Both the position numbers and the translations under genes were made by a program. A stretch of 64,000 nt of DNA from Elsinoe ampelina. Taxonomy: Eukaryota. The DNA is taken from NCBI GenBank assembly GCA_010093995.1, contig ML992501.1, forward strand, positions 1,987,320 to 2,051,319, read 5' to 3'. The stretch's first letter is position 1. The number at the start of each line of letters is the position of its first letter. The notes under the pieces are model-generated. The model had not been told where the DNA came from, did not search any database, and saw nothing but the letters and a program-made list of their open reading frames with translations. This document shows, one piece after another, positions 47,457 to 59,722 of this stretch.

Positions 47457-49231
47457 ATGGCATCCCATGCGCCTCAACAATCCTCCCTGGCGAATCCGAT
47501 CAGCCGCATGGCTGTCAGGCGATCAGTAACAGTACCTTCGAAGCTACAAGTGGATACCAGCGCGCAGCTGCCGGCCGAGATAGGCGACTCGAGAGGCGTA
47601 GAGACAATATTCACGCACCCGTCGGCCAAAGTTGTCTCTTTCACAGCAGCACCAGCGACTTCGAATAGAAGAGTCTCGGAAGGTGATGGTGCTGGCACGC
47701 TTTCGTGGAGGACACCGACAGAGAGGACGGTAGCGACAGGTGGGGTTTCAAATGCTTGTTTCTCAGAGTGTTACTTATTTTCCAAGGCCCTCTTGAGATC
47801 TATCGCGTTCCTGGTTCGGTCTCCTTCCTATACTCCGGCGCACTCCTGCACGCGCTACTCCCACGAGCCAATTGCTGGTGTGTAGATGGCAATTCGACAT
47901 TCATCCTCAAAGTATCGATCAACACATATTACCGCATAGAGCTTCCCGGCATCACCGAGGAGGATTTGACAAGAGTAGAAGAGTTCAAGGTCACACTGCA
48001 GAAGGTGCTGTTCTATGAGCGGACTCCTTGTCCATTCCGAAAAGGTTTCTCTGCCGAGCTCCCAGACACACCTTCCCCCACATCGCGTCGCAGGTCTAGA
48101 TACTCAATTGAGCCGGTCAAGAAGTGGAAGCTGGATGGCGTGTGGAAGCCCGAGGATGACGAAGAATGGCAGCCGAAGTACGACAGAGCCAGTGTCCTTA
48201 GCAGGGCAGAAGGCATGATACAACGCGGCGAGTCATCGCCGAAGGTGCGTCGTCAAAGGCCGTTCTCGATGGAGGACAAGGAAGGTACCAAGGTGGAGTC
48301 GGACGGCGAGCAAGAGGAAGAGACGCCTCAGCCCAAGAGACCAATGAGCTTCTCGGAAATGAGAAGTATCACCGCTCCACCGAAGCTTACGCTGGTAGCT
48401 TCCCCTCCCTCGAAGACGTCAAGCAGAGCTAGCAGTATCAGTGATATGCAGGTCGATCAAACCGAAGAAGGCCAAGAAGAGCAAGAATCGGAGAACGAGA
48501 GTGAGGAGGAGCATGAGCCCGCAAACAGCGGTGATGACAAGTCTGATGAAGACGAGGATGCCAATGAAGGCGAGGACAAGAGCGAGGGCGAGGGCGAGGA
48601 CGAAACCATACGGCAAGACAGTAATGCAGAATCTCCGCAAACAGTATCGGCAGAGACCACTGCCGAACCTGAAGATACTCTCTTCAGCAAGCTACAGCAA
48701 GCTCAAAAAGAAGCATTGCTGGACCATCATGCGCCGCTCTCAGCAGTCAGCCAAGCTACGGACGGTGGCATCATGTCAGAGGACGACGCAGTCGAGTCGA
48801 GGATTTGGGGTGGCATCTCGACTCCTTCTCTATCTAGCGACTCAGAAGACCACTCATGGGGCGAAGTCATCACTCCTCCTGAGACGTTGCGGATCCGGAA
48901 GACACGCAAGATGAACGCAGCAGAAAGCTTGTCTCGAGCATCCTCGGCAAGTAGACTCCGCCGGTCCTCAAGGGAGTCACAGAACGCCTTGACAAACGGC
49001 ATCGTGAGGAAGACCTGCAGTCTTGTGCTAGGTCCACCAGCTCATCTTGTCTCCATTATGCTCAAGATTGCGGCTAAGATCACCAATGGAGCGTTCAGTC
49101 TCACCATCAAATCACCATTAGATTCGCCACATACAGTGCCGGGCTCGTGGTACGTGGGCGACGAAGAAGACGACTGGGATCTGGATGACTATGGATTCCC
49201 TGTCGGACAGGCACAGAAGCGAGTGACGTGA
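47457..49231 (+). CDS. INP1: Inheritance of peroxisomes protein 1 (Inp1)-like
   Basis: VETIFTHPSAKVVSF, TLSW.TPTERTVA, intron, GPLEIYRVPGSVSFL.SG.LLH.LLPR..CWCVDG, YYRIELP, LFYERTPCPF and LGPPAHLV..ML.IAA.I. Confidence 0.85.
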
Positions 49232-49431
49232 AGCAGGTGAAGAATTATTGTTTTGATTGCAGCGGGTTGCATAGCGAGGCGTCCGGTGAGCTGAGAGCTG
49301 GATCTACCTGCTATTTACAGGCCATTTGACGCCATTTGAGAACATTTTCGTAATACATCAATGCCAGCTTCACTTCTCAAGCACATACTGAAGCATGCAC
49401 CAGCAAGCAAGCCATCGTGTCCTTCTCCTGC

Positions 49432-50367
49432 TCAGAACCTGATGATACCCTGCATAGCAAGTGCTGGGTCCGTCCTGCTCGCATCATGCATCTGATCGGC
49501 GAAGCCCTCGAACGTCGTCTCTTCTTCCTCCTCCAATCCCTGTGCCGCCACAAAATCATTCACCTCCTTACACGCCTGCAAATGTCTCTGCTTCGCCAGA
49601 TGCAGCCTTCTCTGCGCCTCCTCATACCCATGATCCACCCTATCCATCGACTTCAACACAGCCTGTGCCTGCTTCTTCTCCTCAAACGCCCTCTTCTTCT
49701 CCGCCTCCAACATCCTCCTCCTCTCCGGATCAATATCCCCACTCCCAAACGGCCTCCCACCCCTCCTATCCCCCAACTGCTCCAACCTCGCCTTCAACTC
49801 CTTATTCTTCTCCTCCAACAAATCCGCCCTCTGCCTCGCCACATAATACGCCTTGGCCAACTCCCCCATCGCCTTCTGCACCGCCGTGGCCTCGGCCTTG
49901 TGAAAACTATGCAACTTCCTCTTGACCTCCAAATCCGGGTGCCGCTTCAAGAAATTCCTCCCCCAACACTGCCCCAGCTCCCCAGCAGCCTGCATCTGCT
50001 CCAACGCCGCGGGATCACTCGCATCGATCCCCCTCTGCAACTCCTCATTCGCCAACTTCGTCAACGCGACAAGGTCCGGCGCGTTCCCCTCCTCAATCAA
50101 CGCCTCCACCCGCGCGGTGATGGCCGACTCTTGCTCCGGGTTCAGCCGCTGGAGATGCTGGAACGCCACATCGGCCGGCTTGTGCGTCCCATTGATGCGC
50201 CGCGAGAGCGTCGTGCGGTTCACGCCCGGATGCCGCGCCGCGATGGCCCGGATCGAGATCTTGCCTCCGTTGGCGTAGTAGTCTTCGAGCGCGGCTTTTT
50301 CGATGGCGAGGCGGCGGCGGCGGGCGGCCGCGGAGATTTCGGGGGGTGTGGTGCCTGCGCGTGGCAT
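49432..50367 (-). CDS. pogo-transposase-derived DNA-binding protein (HTH_psq + CENP-B/Tc5-type HTH), no DDE domain
   Basis: SIRAIAARHPGVNRTTLSRRING, RLNPEQESAI, LANEEL and LGQCWGRNFLKRHPDL, followed by a charged coiled coil. No YNxDETG/DGH/QPLD motifs. Confidence 0.78.
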   Translation of the reverse strand: MPRAGTTPPEISAAARRRRLAIEKAALEDYYANGGKISIRAIAARHPGVNRTTLSRRINGTHKPADVAFQHLQRLNPEQESAITARVEALIEEGNAPDLVALTKLANEELQRGIDASDPAALEQMQAAGELGQCWGRNFLKRHPDLEVKRKLHSFHKAEATAVQKAMGELAKAYYVARQRADLLEEKNKELKARLEQLGDRRGGRPFGSGDIDPERRRMLEAEKKRAFEEKKQAQAVLKSMDRVDHGYEEAQRRLHLAKQRHLQACKEVNDFVAAQGLEEEEETTFEGFADQMHDASRTDPALAMQGIIRF

Positions 50368-50764
50368 GGTTGTTGGATTCCGGTGGGTTGGGGATGGCGG
50401 GGTAGGTGGTGGTTCAGAAGAGGTTGTGGTGATGTGGTGAGGTGAGCCTCGTGGCGCGCCCGCAAAGGAGCCGGGAAGGGGGAGGCTTGGCAGGGTCGGC
50501 TGGCCGGGAGGGGCCGGACGGGTGGGGCGGGTGGTTCGAGAAGGGAGGAGCTGTGGAATTTCCCCTGGTCGGTCGTTTATTTGATAGCTCTTCGAATGTC
50601 AGACATTGAATTTGCATCTGTTGGCGAGGTCAAGATCAACTGCTCGGCTAGGCCTGGAGCCAATTTCACAACGATCCAGCAGCGATTGGACTTCATCTTG
50701 TATCGTCACAGCAGCGAGGCCGGACAGCCGACACCGCCTGGACCCCTACTGGTGGTAATCGAAG

Positions 50765-52522
50765 ATGGCACGCGTCGAGGCGCGGAAAGACAGAGTGTAT
50801 AGCCGGGATGAGGTTGAGGCATTGATACATGAGGGGAGATCTGTCTTCATCCTGAAAGGTGAGGTCATCAAGGCCGATGCATGGAGGAAGTACCATCCTG
50901 GAGGAGACAAGGCGATCCTGCACATGGTTGGGCGGGATGCTACAGACGAGGTGACTGCGTAAGTCCTGATACAGTGGAAGTCCTCAAAGAGCTCCGGCTG
51001 ACAATTGCACGGATTGCACTCTCCGGAAGCTCAAGAGCGAATGAAAAAGTATGTCATTGGCAAAGTTGAGGGCAAGTGGAAGAATTTTGTCCCTCCCATT
51101 CAGGGCGGCATATTCAGATCGCGAGAGGAGCTTGAAGGGGCACCACAGCGGTCGGTCTCCATTTCAGAAGATACCGATAGCTCAAGCCAGCAAAGTTCGA
51201 ACGAACCTTCACCAGTGTTCGATCCAGCAGACAAGCAAGATGTACGGAAGAGGCGGACGAAATCAGGGGAAGACCTATTGTCAAGATCAAGCTCGGCGAC
51301 TTCGATATCAACCATGGATATGGATGAGCAGAAGTCCAGACCTTCGGAGTCGGCGGCGGACAAAAGGACCCGAGAGCAAATTGAAGAGGATCTGCGAAAA
51401 TATCCCCATCTGGACTCAGCAACGCAAGGAGAAATCGTCGAGAAGTACCGCGACCTGAACGAGCGTATCAGAGATGCCGGACTGTATGACTGCAATTACA
51501 CTGCATATGCTTGGGAGCTGGCAAGATACACCTTCCTTGCAGCAATGTGCTGGACCACGCTGCAATGGGGATGGTACGCAACAAGTGGATTGTTCCTTGG
51601 CTGCTTCTGGCATCAGCTTGTATTTACTGCCCACGACTCCGGTCACATGGGCATTACACATGACTTCCACACAGACACGGTGATAGGCATCATCATTGCG
51701 GACTTTCTCGGTGGGCTCAGTCTCGGATGGTGGAAGCGGAACCATAATGTACACCACATCGTCACCAACTCGCCCGAGCACGATCCTGACATCGAGCACA
51801 TGCCCTTCTTCGCCATCTCACACCGCTTCTTCGACTCTCTTCGCTCTACGTATTACGACCGTGTTATGACTTATGACCCCTTTGCAAGATTCATGATCAA
51901 ATATCAACATTACATTTACTACCCACTCTTGACATTTGGACGCTTCAACCTTTATCGTCTAAGCTGGGAGTACCTCATCCTTGGCTTGGGTCCCAGGAAG
52001 GGACCGGCATGGTGGCACCGCTGGTTCGAGATTGCTGGACAGGTCTTCTTCTGGACCTGGTTTGGTTATGGGATCTTGTACAAGTCAATCCCAACAGCCT
52101 GGGGACGTGTCGTTTTTGTTCTGGTCAGCCACATGATCACCATGCCCCTGCATGTACAGATCACCCTCAGCCACTTCGCCATGAGCACGGCCGATCTCGG
52201 TGTTGAGGAGAGCTTCCCTCAGCGCATGCTCCGCACAACCATGGACGTCGACTGCCCGCCGTGGCTAGATTTCTTCCATGGTGGTCTGCAATTTCAGGCC
52301 ATCCATCATCTGTACCCGCGGATTCCGAGGCACAATCTCAGGCAGACGCAGAAGATGGTGCAGGAGTTCTGCAACGAAGTTGGTATCCCTTACGCGCTTT
52401 ATGGCTTTGTGGACGGCAACAAGGAGGTCATCTCGAGGCTGGGTGATGTTGCTAAGCAAGCACGGATCCTGGCTGATTGTCAGAGGCATATCGTGGAGAC
52501 AGGGGATATGCATATGCATTGA
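50765..52522 (+). CDS. Delta-8 sphingolipid desaturase (cytochrome b5 fusion)
   Basis: HPGG...GRDATDE cytochrome b5 domain and His boxes HDSGH, HNVHH and QAIHHL. Intron 50959-51012 has an apparent non-AG acceptor. Confidence 0.93.
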
Positions 52523-52840
52523 AACGACATAATGAATTTAGAACAGATGTGCAAATTGTGCAATCAAGACCATAATCAGCCACGGAAGATGATAGGAGTT
52601 CCAGCACATAGACTCAAGTTGCAACATCGATGGGGCCACGATCTCTACATATCGAGGGTAACCAAAACAGGCAAGTCACACAATCAATTCCCAGAGCCGC
52701 TCCCGCCCTGCTGGCGGCCTGACATAGTATCTCCTCCCGACACCCTCCCTTCCATTCGCCCTACCCTCACTCTTACCCCCGCCTTCTCACATTCCACGCA
52801 TCCCTCGCCACCGCCACCTTCATCTTCCTCGTATTCAGCT

Positions 52841-54103
52841 ATGCCAACCCCACACATCCTCATCATCGGCGCCGGCCCCATCGGTCTTCTCCTCGCTCAC
52901 TCCCTCCGTCGCCACTCCATCCCCTTCACAATCTACGACCGCTCCCCCGCCTCCCTCCCCTCCTCGCATAATCACAAAAGAAGTAAAGGATGGGGCCTCA
53001 CCCTCCACTGGGCCCTCGACGACTTCCTCGCCCTCCTCCCCCCTGACCTCGCAGCGCGGTTGCCCGAAACGTACGTCAACCCTGAAGCCGTTGCGCGCGG
53101 GGAGAAAGGGAGATTTCTGTTCTACGATCTGGCTACCGGGGAGGCGAGGTGGGAGGTCCCGGCCGCGAGGAGGATGAGGGTGGGGCGGGAGAGGTTGGTG
53201 GGGTCGATGAGGGAGGGGGTGGGGGTGCAGTGGGGGAGGAAAGTCACGGGGATCAGGGAGGGAGGGGAGGGGGAGATGGTGGTGGAGTTTGAGGATGGGG
53301 AGGAGGCGAGGGGGACGTATGTGGTTGGTGTGGATGGGACGTATTCTGCTGTCAGGAGAGGGGTGTGTCCTGGGAGTCATGAGGTGTGTGGATTGCCGGT
53401 GAGGTTTGTGGGGATGCGTGTGGCGTTGAGTGAGCAGGAGGTGAGGCCGGTGTTGGAGCTGGATCCGTATTTTCTGCAGGGAGGGGATCCGAAGACGGAT
53501 GCGTTTCTGTGGTGGTCTGTGTTGTCGACTCCGAGCATGAATGAAGGGAGGGTGGGGTTGGAAGGGAAGTATGAGTGTCAAGTCATGGTTGCTTGGCCGT
53601 ACAGGGAAGGGTTTCTGGGCCGGATGGAGCCTGTTGAGGTACCGCGAACGTCGAAGGAAAGGCTGGCACTTTTGAGGGAGATCACTAATGACTGGTGCGA
53701 ACCCTTCAAGTCGCTCGTACATGCTGTGCCAGAGGATACGGATCTGCAGGAGGTCAAGCTTGAGGACTGGCTGCCTCCCGCAGGTGACTGGAATAATTTC
53801 GACGGGAAAGTGACTCTAATGGGCGACGCAGCTCACGCGATGGTCATGTTCAGGGGTGAGGGCGCAAATCATGGGATACTAGACGTCAAGAACTGGCTCT
53901 ATGGACATCTGGATCTGCTAAAGCGCGGGTATTGGAGTGCCGAGGAGGTGCGAGACGCCACGAGCGAGTATGAGGCTGAGATGAAAAAGAGGACGAAACA
54001 AGCGGTACTAGCTAGTAGGAGAGCAGCGGAAGATGCAGTGACCTACCAAAGGATTGACGATCGAAGTCCGCTAGTTAACAAGAGAGCGGTGGTGGCTGAG
54101 TGA
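52841..54103 (+). CDS. FAD-dependent monooxygenase (aromatic hydroxylase class)
   Basis: ILIIGAGPIG (GxGxxG), GVDG..S.VR and VTLMGDAAHAM..FRGEGANHGI.D. Confidence 0.93.
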   Translation: MPTPHILIIGAGPIGLLLAHSLRRHSIPFTIYDRSPASLPSSHNHKRSKGWGLTLHWALDDFLALLPPDLAARLPETYVNPEAVARGEKGRFLFYDLATGEARWEVPAARRMRVGRERLVGSMREGVGVQWGRKVTGIREGGEGEMVVEFEDGEEARGTYVVGVDGTYSAVRRGVCPGSHEVCGLPVRFVGMRVALSEQEVRPVLELDPYFLQGGDPKTDAFLWWSVLSTPSMNEGRVGLEGKYECQVMVAWPYREGFLGRMEPVEVPRTSKERLALLREITNDWCEPFKSLVHAVPEDTDLQEVKLEDWLPPAGDWNNFDGKVTLMGDAAHAMVMFRGEGANHGILDVKNWLYGHLDLLKRGYWSAEEVRDATSEYEAEMKKRTKQAVLASRRAAEDAVTYQRIDDRSPLVNKRAVVAE

Positions 54104-55442
54104 GCAGCATTGATGAAGCAGCATCACACAACTACTGACTGGGGTCTATACTGCACTACTTAGTAGAGTATCCGTGTCCTCCAGGAGCCATAGGACAAGC
54201 CTGGCGCAGGAGGATCCATCCAGGCACTGTTGGCCCAAGCCGTGGGGTGTCGTCAAAGCCATCTTTGAACCGCTGCGACCATCGCTTTCTCCAGAAAACG
54301 CATGCCTGATGCAGGAGCTACAGATAGTTTCTCCAGCTCCGAGATATCGGACAGGTGGCCGCATTGAGACTGCTTTCCTGCGTGATGCCCCCGTGGTCAT
54401 CTCCGATGTGTAGATTATGACCTTATCCGCGGACCCTTCTGTATCGGTCGCCGCTCACAGTCTTTCACCCGTTCGTGCGCACGACTACGCATGGACAACT
54501 TGTGGCGTGACACACAACTGTAATACTTGTTAAGGCTACACCGTAATGAGCGGGATGGGACGATGGGCTCATTGTGTTGAGCAACATGGAAGGAGTACCT
54601 GGAGGGGAAGCCATTTCGGGCGAACTTCGGCGTAGAGGCACGTGCCCTGGAAATCCCTGCGTCGACTCGTTCCTCCTGTCGCGCGTGTTGATTCCTCTTT
54701 CTCTCCACGACCGTTTGCACCTAGACGTGAGGCGCTCCGCCACATGTCTCGGAAGTCGTTTCTGCTTCGTCTGTGCACACGAGTCTTCGCATGTTCGACC
54801 GAACCGTTGTTCAGGCGTCAATGAGCTTCGCATAATCCTGTCAACTTCTGCAAAGGCTGGAATGACTATACCACCTGCATCGGCCGTAAGACACCGCGCT
54901 TCGATGGGCCGCTGATATTGCACGAAGCAGGACATATTCTCCGGGAATGCAAAAGAAGGACATTTTCTCTACCAGTGAGGGCAGGACAAACTATTGGCGC
55001 TCCAGGGGTTACATTTCGCCTGTGCTCAGAGACCTGGCGAAACCTACTATACTTGAGCGCGGTCAGTCTGCAATGGAAACTGGACTGCCCTACTGCTCTC
55101 GTATCAGTCCATTTTGCCGGATAGGGAGCTCTCAATGTCCTCCAGCTACTGCGACGTTCGCAGCTGTTCGACGATATCAAGCCAAGCGAGATGTCAGTAC
55201 GGCGTTGTGGGTCGAGACGAGCATATATATCGCCTACACCTTCCACCGTGGCCTCCGCTCCAACGCATCTTGGCATGTTGTCTAGGCAAATGCTTGCAAT
55301 GCTTGCACTCCTCTGATGAACGACAGCCGACGAGTCTATAAAGGTTGGTGAGACCTTGTTTCATGTCTCCTCTTGTTTCACATCAATATCTCTCCATTTA
55401 TCTTGAGTTACATATCCGCTTAGCATCTTTTCCATTCCAATC

Positions 55443-56292
55443 ATGCGCATCTCCACCATTGCCACGCTCGTACCGGCAGCTACTGCTTGCTTCCAACACG
55501 CAGACCTCGAGAAACGAGACTCTGGCGGTGTTTCCGCGTGGAATTACCTTCAACCAGGGAATTGGGCTTCTCTTAACGAGAGTAAGTGCTATCATCATGC
55601 TCTGGTAATCTCTGCTGACAAGCGTAATAGGCTACGATCTGTGCATGACTGGGACGCAGCAGACGCCCATCAACTTGAGGACGAAAGAGGGATTTGCAAA
55701 GACCCACAAGCCCAACTTTAACAATGTAAAAGGATCGTGGGATGGCAAACTGTACAATTGGGGCTACGGTCCAGCATTCAAGCTTGATGCATTCGCCAAC
55801 TTGGATGTCGGGAAGCTTCCTTCGATCACTTTTGACGGCGAGACTGTCTACATCGCTCAATGGCACACTCATGCACCTTCCGAGCACACCGTCAACGGCG
55901 AAGTGACCAGGGCTGAAATGCATTTCGTCACCGTCAATGAGACAGGCAATTTTCGTGCCGTCTTCGGGATGCGCATCGACACGAACAGCACTGGAAACCC
56001 CAAATCCGCATTCTTCGCACAGCTTCCCAGCATTCCGGCGCATACGGACATTGCTACCGCCACCCCGCTCAAGATGGACCTACTGCAAGCTCTCAATGAA
56101 GTCGATTTCGCCAACCGGTACTGGAGCTACCAGGGCAGCTTGACAGTCCCTCCTTGCACTCAGGGTCTCAGGTGGTTCGTGGCTGGCAACGTTCTCCGGG
56201 TCAGTCGGGACCAGATGCGCTCGCTGCTACGTTCAGGAGCTTGGTCTGCCAGACCCATCCAGGAGAGGTGGGACCACAAGGTGAACGTATAA
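55443..56292 (+). CDS. Secreted alpha carbonic anhydrase
   Basis: Signal peptide, one intron at about 55582-55630, QTPINL, QWHTHAPSEH, EMHFV, YQGSLTVPPC and ARPIQ. Confidence 0.92.
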
Positions 56293-57284
56293 ATCGGGGG
56301 GGGGGGCGGCTACTACCGCATGTATTGTTGTTTGCGCTTCCCACAGCTCTAGCCATAGTAACAGATGATAATGTCATGGTAATCTATCTTCACTTGGACA
56401 TCTACCACGACAAAGGTGCGTTCTTGAAACGTCGAAAGTGCTTCGGAGGTTTGTAGCGAACGTTTGCAGACGGGTACCTGTAGTTCGGAGATGATCATAT
56501 AAACATGTCCGAGAAGACACCGAAGTCTCTATATCTTGACAACACTACCCGTAGACATTCTTCCCATACCTCATGAAGCAATGTCAAGGAATCCATACAA
56601 TCAACAGCCGGAACTGTACCAAAGAATCTGCCGGAATCTGGCGCTACGTCCAGCAAGTCATGTCCAACGTCCCATACCGATCATGTGACCCTTTCTTCTG
56701 AAAATCTCCAACGCTATGACTTGCTCGGTATCATTTGCCTCCTCGACGCCGAAGCGGGAATGAGGCCGAATGTGAAGAAGATGAATTGGACGGAGATACA
56801 GAATGAGCGTACGCCCGAAGCATTTTCTCGCTGGATCTGCAGCTAGCGGCTCTTCCCATGCTTGTGCCTGAGCTTATCTTCGGGAGCGAACGGAGCTACT
56901 GGACGTCATTTTCCGACTCGATATTTTCTCTTCATATCGAGCGAAATAATTTTCACACATCGCCATCGTCCAGAAATACACATGACAACATGTCCTTGAG
57001 GAAGACATGCTTGTTGGTGTCTCATATCGGTATCGACGCTGACCTCCGGGCAGGAAGCGCCGAGACGGCGATCCAATGCCGACAGCGATGGTAGCAGGAA
57101 GTCTGAGAATGGAGTGCTATCAAGCTCGGACAGTATGGACCAGCGGATAAAATCCCCGAGAGTCCCCCGACGTGTCTGATGGCCGAGGATGTAGCAATAG
57201 TGGGTCGCTTATATAAAAGCTCTTTCATTTCTTGTTTTCGCATACCATCCTCTATCTTCCCCTCTACCCAATTCCACGCCCAGC

Positions 57285-59077
57285 ATGTCCGGTACCGCGC
57301 CAACAACTATGGCCATCGACTTCGAAAAGCCTGGCAAGGACCATGAGCATGACTCCGACTCCGACTCACTCCACTCCGACGCCATCGATGACCAAGTAGC
57401 AGCCACTGGGCTTGCGCCTGTCAATGGACCAACTCTGACACAATCATCGACACGTCCAACTGGAGAAGACCTGGTCAATCTACCATTTCGCACTTTAAGT
57501 CATGGAGCTCAACTGGAGGAATACACCGAGGAGACCACGACCGGCCAAATCTTGAAAGAAGTACAATCACGACACACCGGCAAGCTCGAGCGATATGAGC
57601 TCGTCACCTGGAAGATCAACGATCCTGAGAATCCGAAGAATTGGAGCAAGGCGTACAAGTGGTGGTGCACCATGGTTGTAGCCTTCACCTGCTTCGTGGT
57701 TGCCCTCAATAGCTCAGTCATCACTGCTGACATCGAGGGTCCGGCACTGGAATTCGGCGTGTCTCATGAGGTCAGCCTGTTGTCCATCACCCTCTTCGTA
57801 GTCGGGTTTGGTGTAGGGCCCATGGCTTTTGCTCCTCTTAGCGAAGTGGTAGGAAGGCAGGTCATCTATGGCTCCACGCTACTAGTCGCATTCTTGTTCG
57901 TGCTGCCTGGGTGCCTTGGACAGAACATCGCTACTCTGCTGGTCGGCCGAGCGATCGACGGCATCGCCTTCTCCGCACCCATGACTCTGGTAGGGGGCAC
58001 ACTCGCTGACCTCTGGAGGAATGAAGAGCGTGGTGTGCCGATGGCCGCTTTCAGCGCTGCTCCGTTCATTGGTCCTGCCATCGGTCCGCTGATCGGTGGC
58101 TTTCTCTCCGACAATTTGGGTTGGCGCTGGCTCTACTGGATCCAGCTTATCCTTTCCGGATGCGCGTGGATACTGATCACTTTCACTGTCCCAGAGACAT
58201 ATGCTCCGACTTTACTTGCTCGCAAAGCAAAGAAGATGAGGAAAGAGTTGGCAGACGACAAGTATGTCACAGAGCAAGATCTGGACAAGCGACCATTTGC
58301 AGAGCGCATGGGACTCTTCCTACTTCGACCATTCCAGCTGCTCTTTTTGGAACCGATCGTCTTCTTCATCTCTCTGTACATGAGCGTCCTATACGGCTTG
58401 TTGTACATGTTTTTTGTGGCATATCCTATCATGTAAGACCCCCAATCCTCTTCGGAAAACACTGGCTAACTGATCATAGCTTCCAGCAAGGTAAAGGCTA
58501 TAGCGCTTCGACCACTGGTCTGATGTTCATCCCCTTGGCGGTCGGTGTCGTCTGTAGTGCCTGTTGTGCACCATTCGTGAACAAGCACTACATGAAGCAA
58601 GTTCAGAAGTACAATGGAAAGCCTCCAGCTGAAGTACGTCTGTATCCGATGATGATGTCCTGCTGGTTCATCCCAATCGGCTTGTTCATCTTCGCTTGGA
58701 CCTCCTACCCTACTCTGTCCTGGGTCGGTCCAGCACTCGGCGGCTTCCCGGTCGGATTCGGGTTCATTTTCCTGTACAATGCGGCGAACAACTACCTTGT
58801 CGACTCATATCAGCATCAAGCTGCTTCAGCACTTGCGGCCAAGACGTTCATCCGATCCTTCTGGGGAGCTTCGGTGGTGCTCTTCACGGAACAAATGTAT
58901 GATAGACTGGGGTACCAGTGGGCAAGCACACTCCTGGCGTTCATCGGACTGGCATGCTGTGCCATACCATACGTCTTCTTCTTCAAGGGTGCAGCGATCA
59001 GGAGGCATTCCAAATTCGCATACAGCGGCGACGACGAGGAGAATCAAGAGAAGTCCGAGGAGGCGGGCGGACACTAG
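57285..59077 (+). CDS. MFS DHA1-family (polyamine/multidrug) transporter
   Basis: [48 protein letters not shown] and NYLVDSY..AASALA. One intron at about 58433-58479. Confidence 0.93.
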
Positions 59078-59722
59078 GCAACAGATCAAGTAAGATCTAG
59101 AAACCCAAGAAAATTCAAGCATGGTATGCTTCTATCCCGCTCCGCAATTTCCACCCCCTTATGCATTTCCCTCGTCGTATTTTGTGGTCCGTCCATGGCA
59201 GACAGTAGGATACACAGGATGATTGCCCCTCCCGCTCGCTAAAGACATTCGTGGTCCACAATCTCCCTTGCCGCATGGCATCGAATCCCCCACAACGGAA
59301 TGGACTCGGTCGAAAAGCTTGTGCTACCCTTGACGGCCTCCGAAATGGTGGCCCTGGCTTCATCAAAGTCCTCCAGGGACGCCTCGCGTTGATGACCTGT
59401 CCTAACCTCACCCATTGCGGTTGGGGATGATATGTGGAACGACGGGGGATAGGTCCGGGCATACCTTGTACTAAAATGACGAGGCAGGGCTCGAGGTGAA
59501 GCTAGCAGTACTTTGTTCTTGGACATTAGAATGGACATCTCAGTCGTGGCTGTCACGATTATCCTCATCGAGAACATGGAGCGTCTGTGCATCACCACGA
59601 ACATTGTACAATCACGCATTCCCGCACGAGTGGGTGAGCATAGTCTGCGCCGTGGGATGGGATTTTCAACAGGAAGCTACTTGTCCATGTATAGAGCATG
59701 ATGAGGTCCGACCTTGTCTCGC

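Noticed and set aside
54110..55400. Many short overlapping ORFs here and at 8500-9700, 13970-14400, 27900-29400 and 61500-62800
   Set aside because: No motifs, splice logic or codon bias that I could support. Treated as intergenic or promoter DNA. No tRNA or rRNA was recognised.
50765..59077. Desaturase, monooxygenase, carbonic anhydrase and MFS genes as a secondary-metabolite cluster
   Set aside because: No PKS, NRPS, terpene synthase or cluster transcription factor is present in the window, and the desaturase and DHA1 gene look like housekeeping genes.
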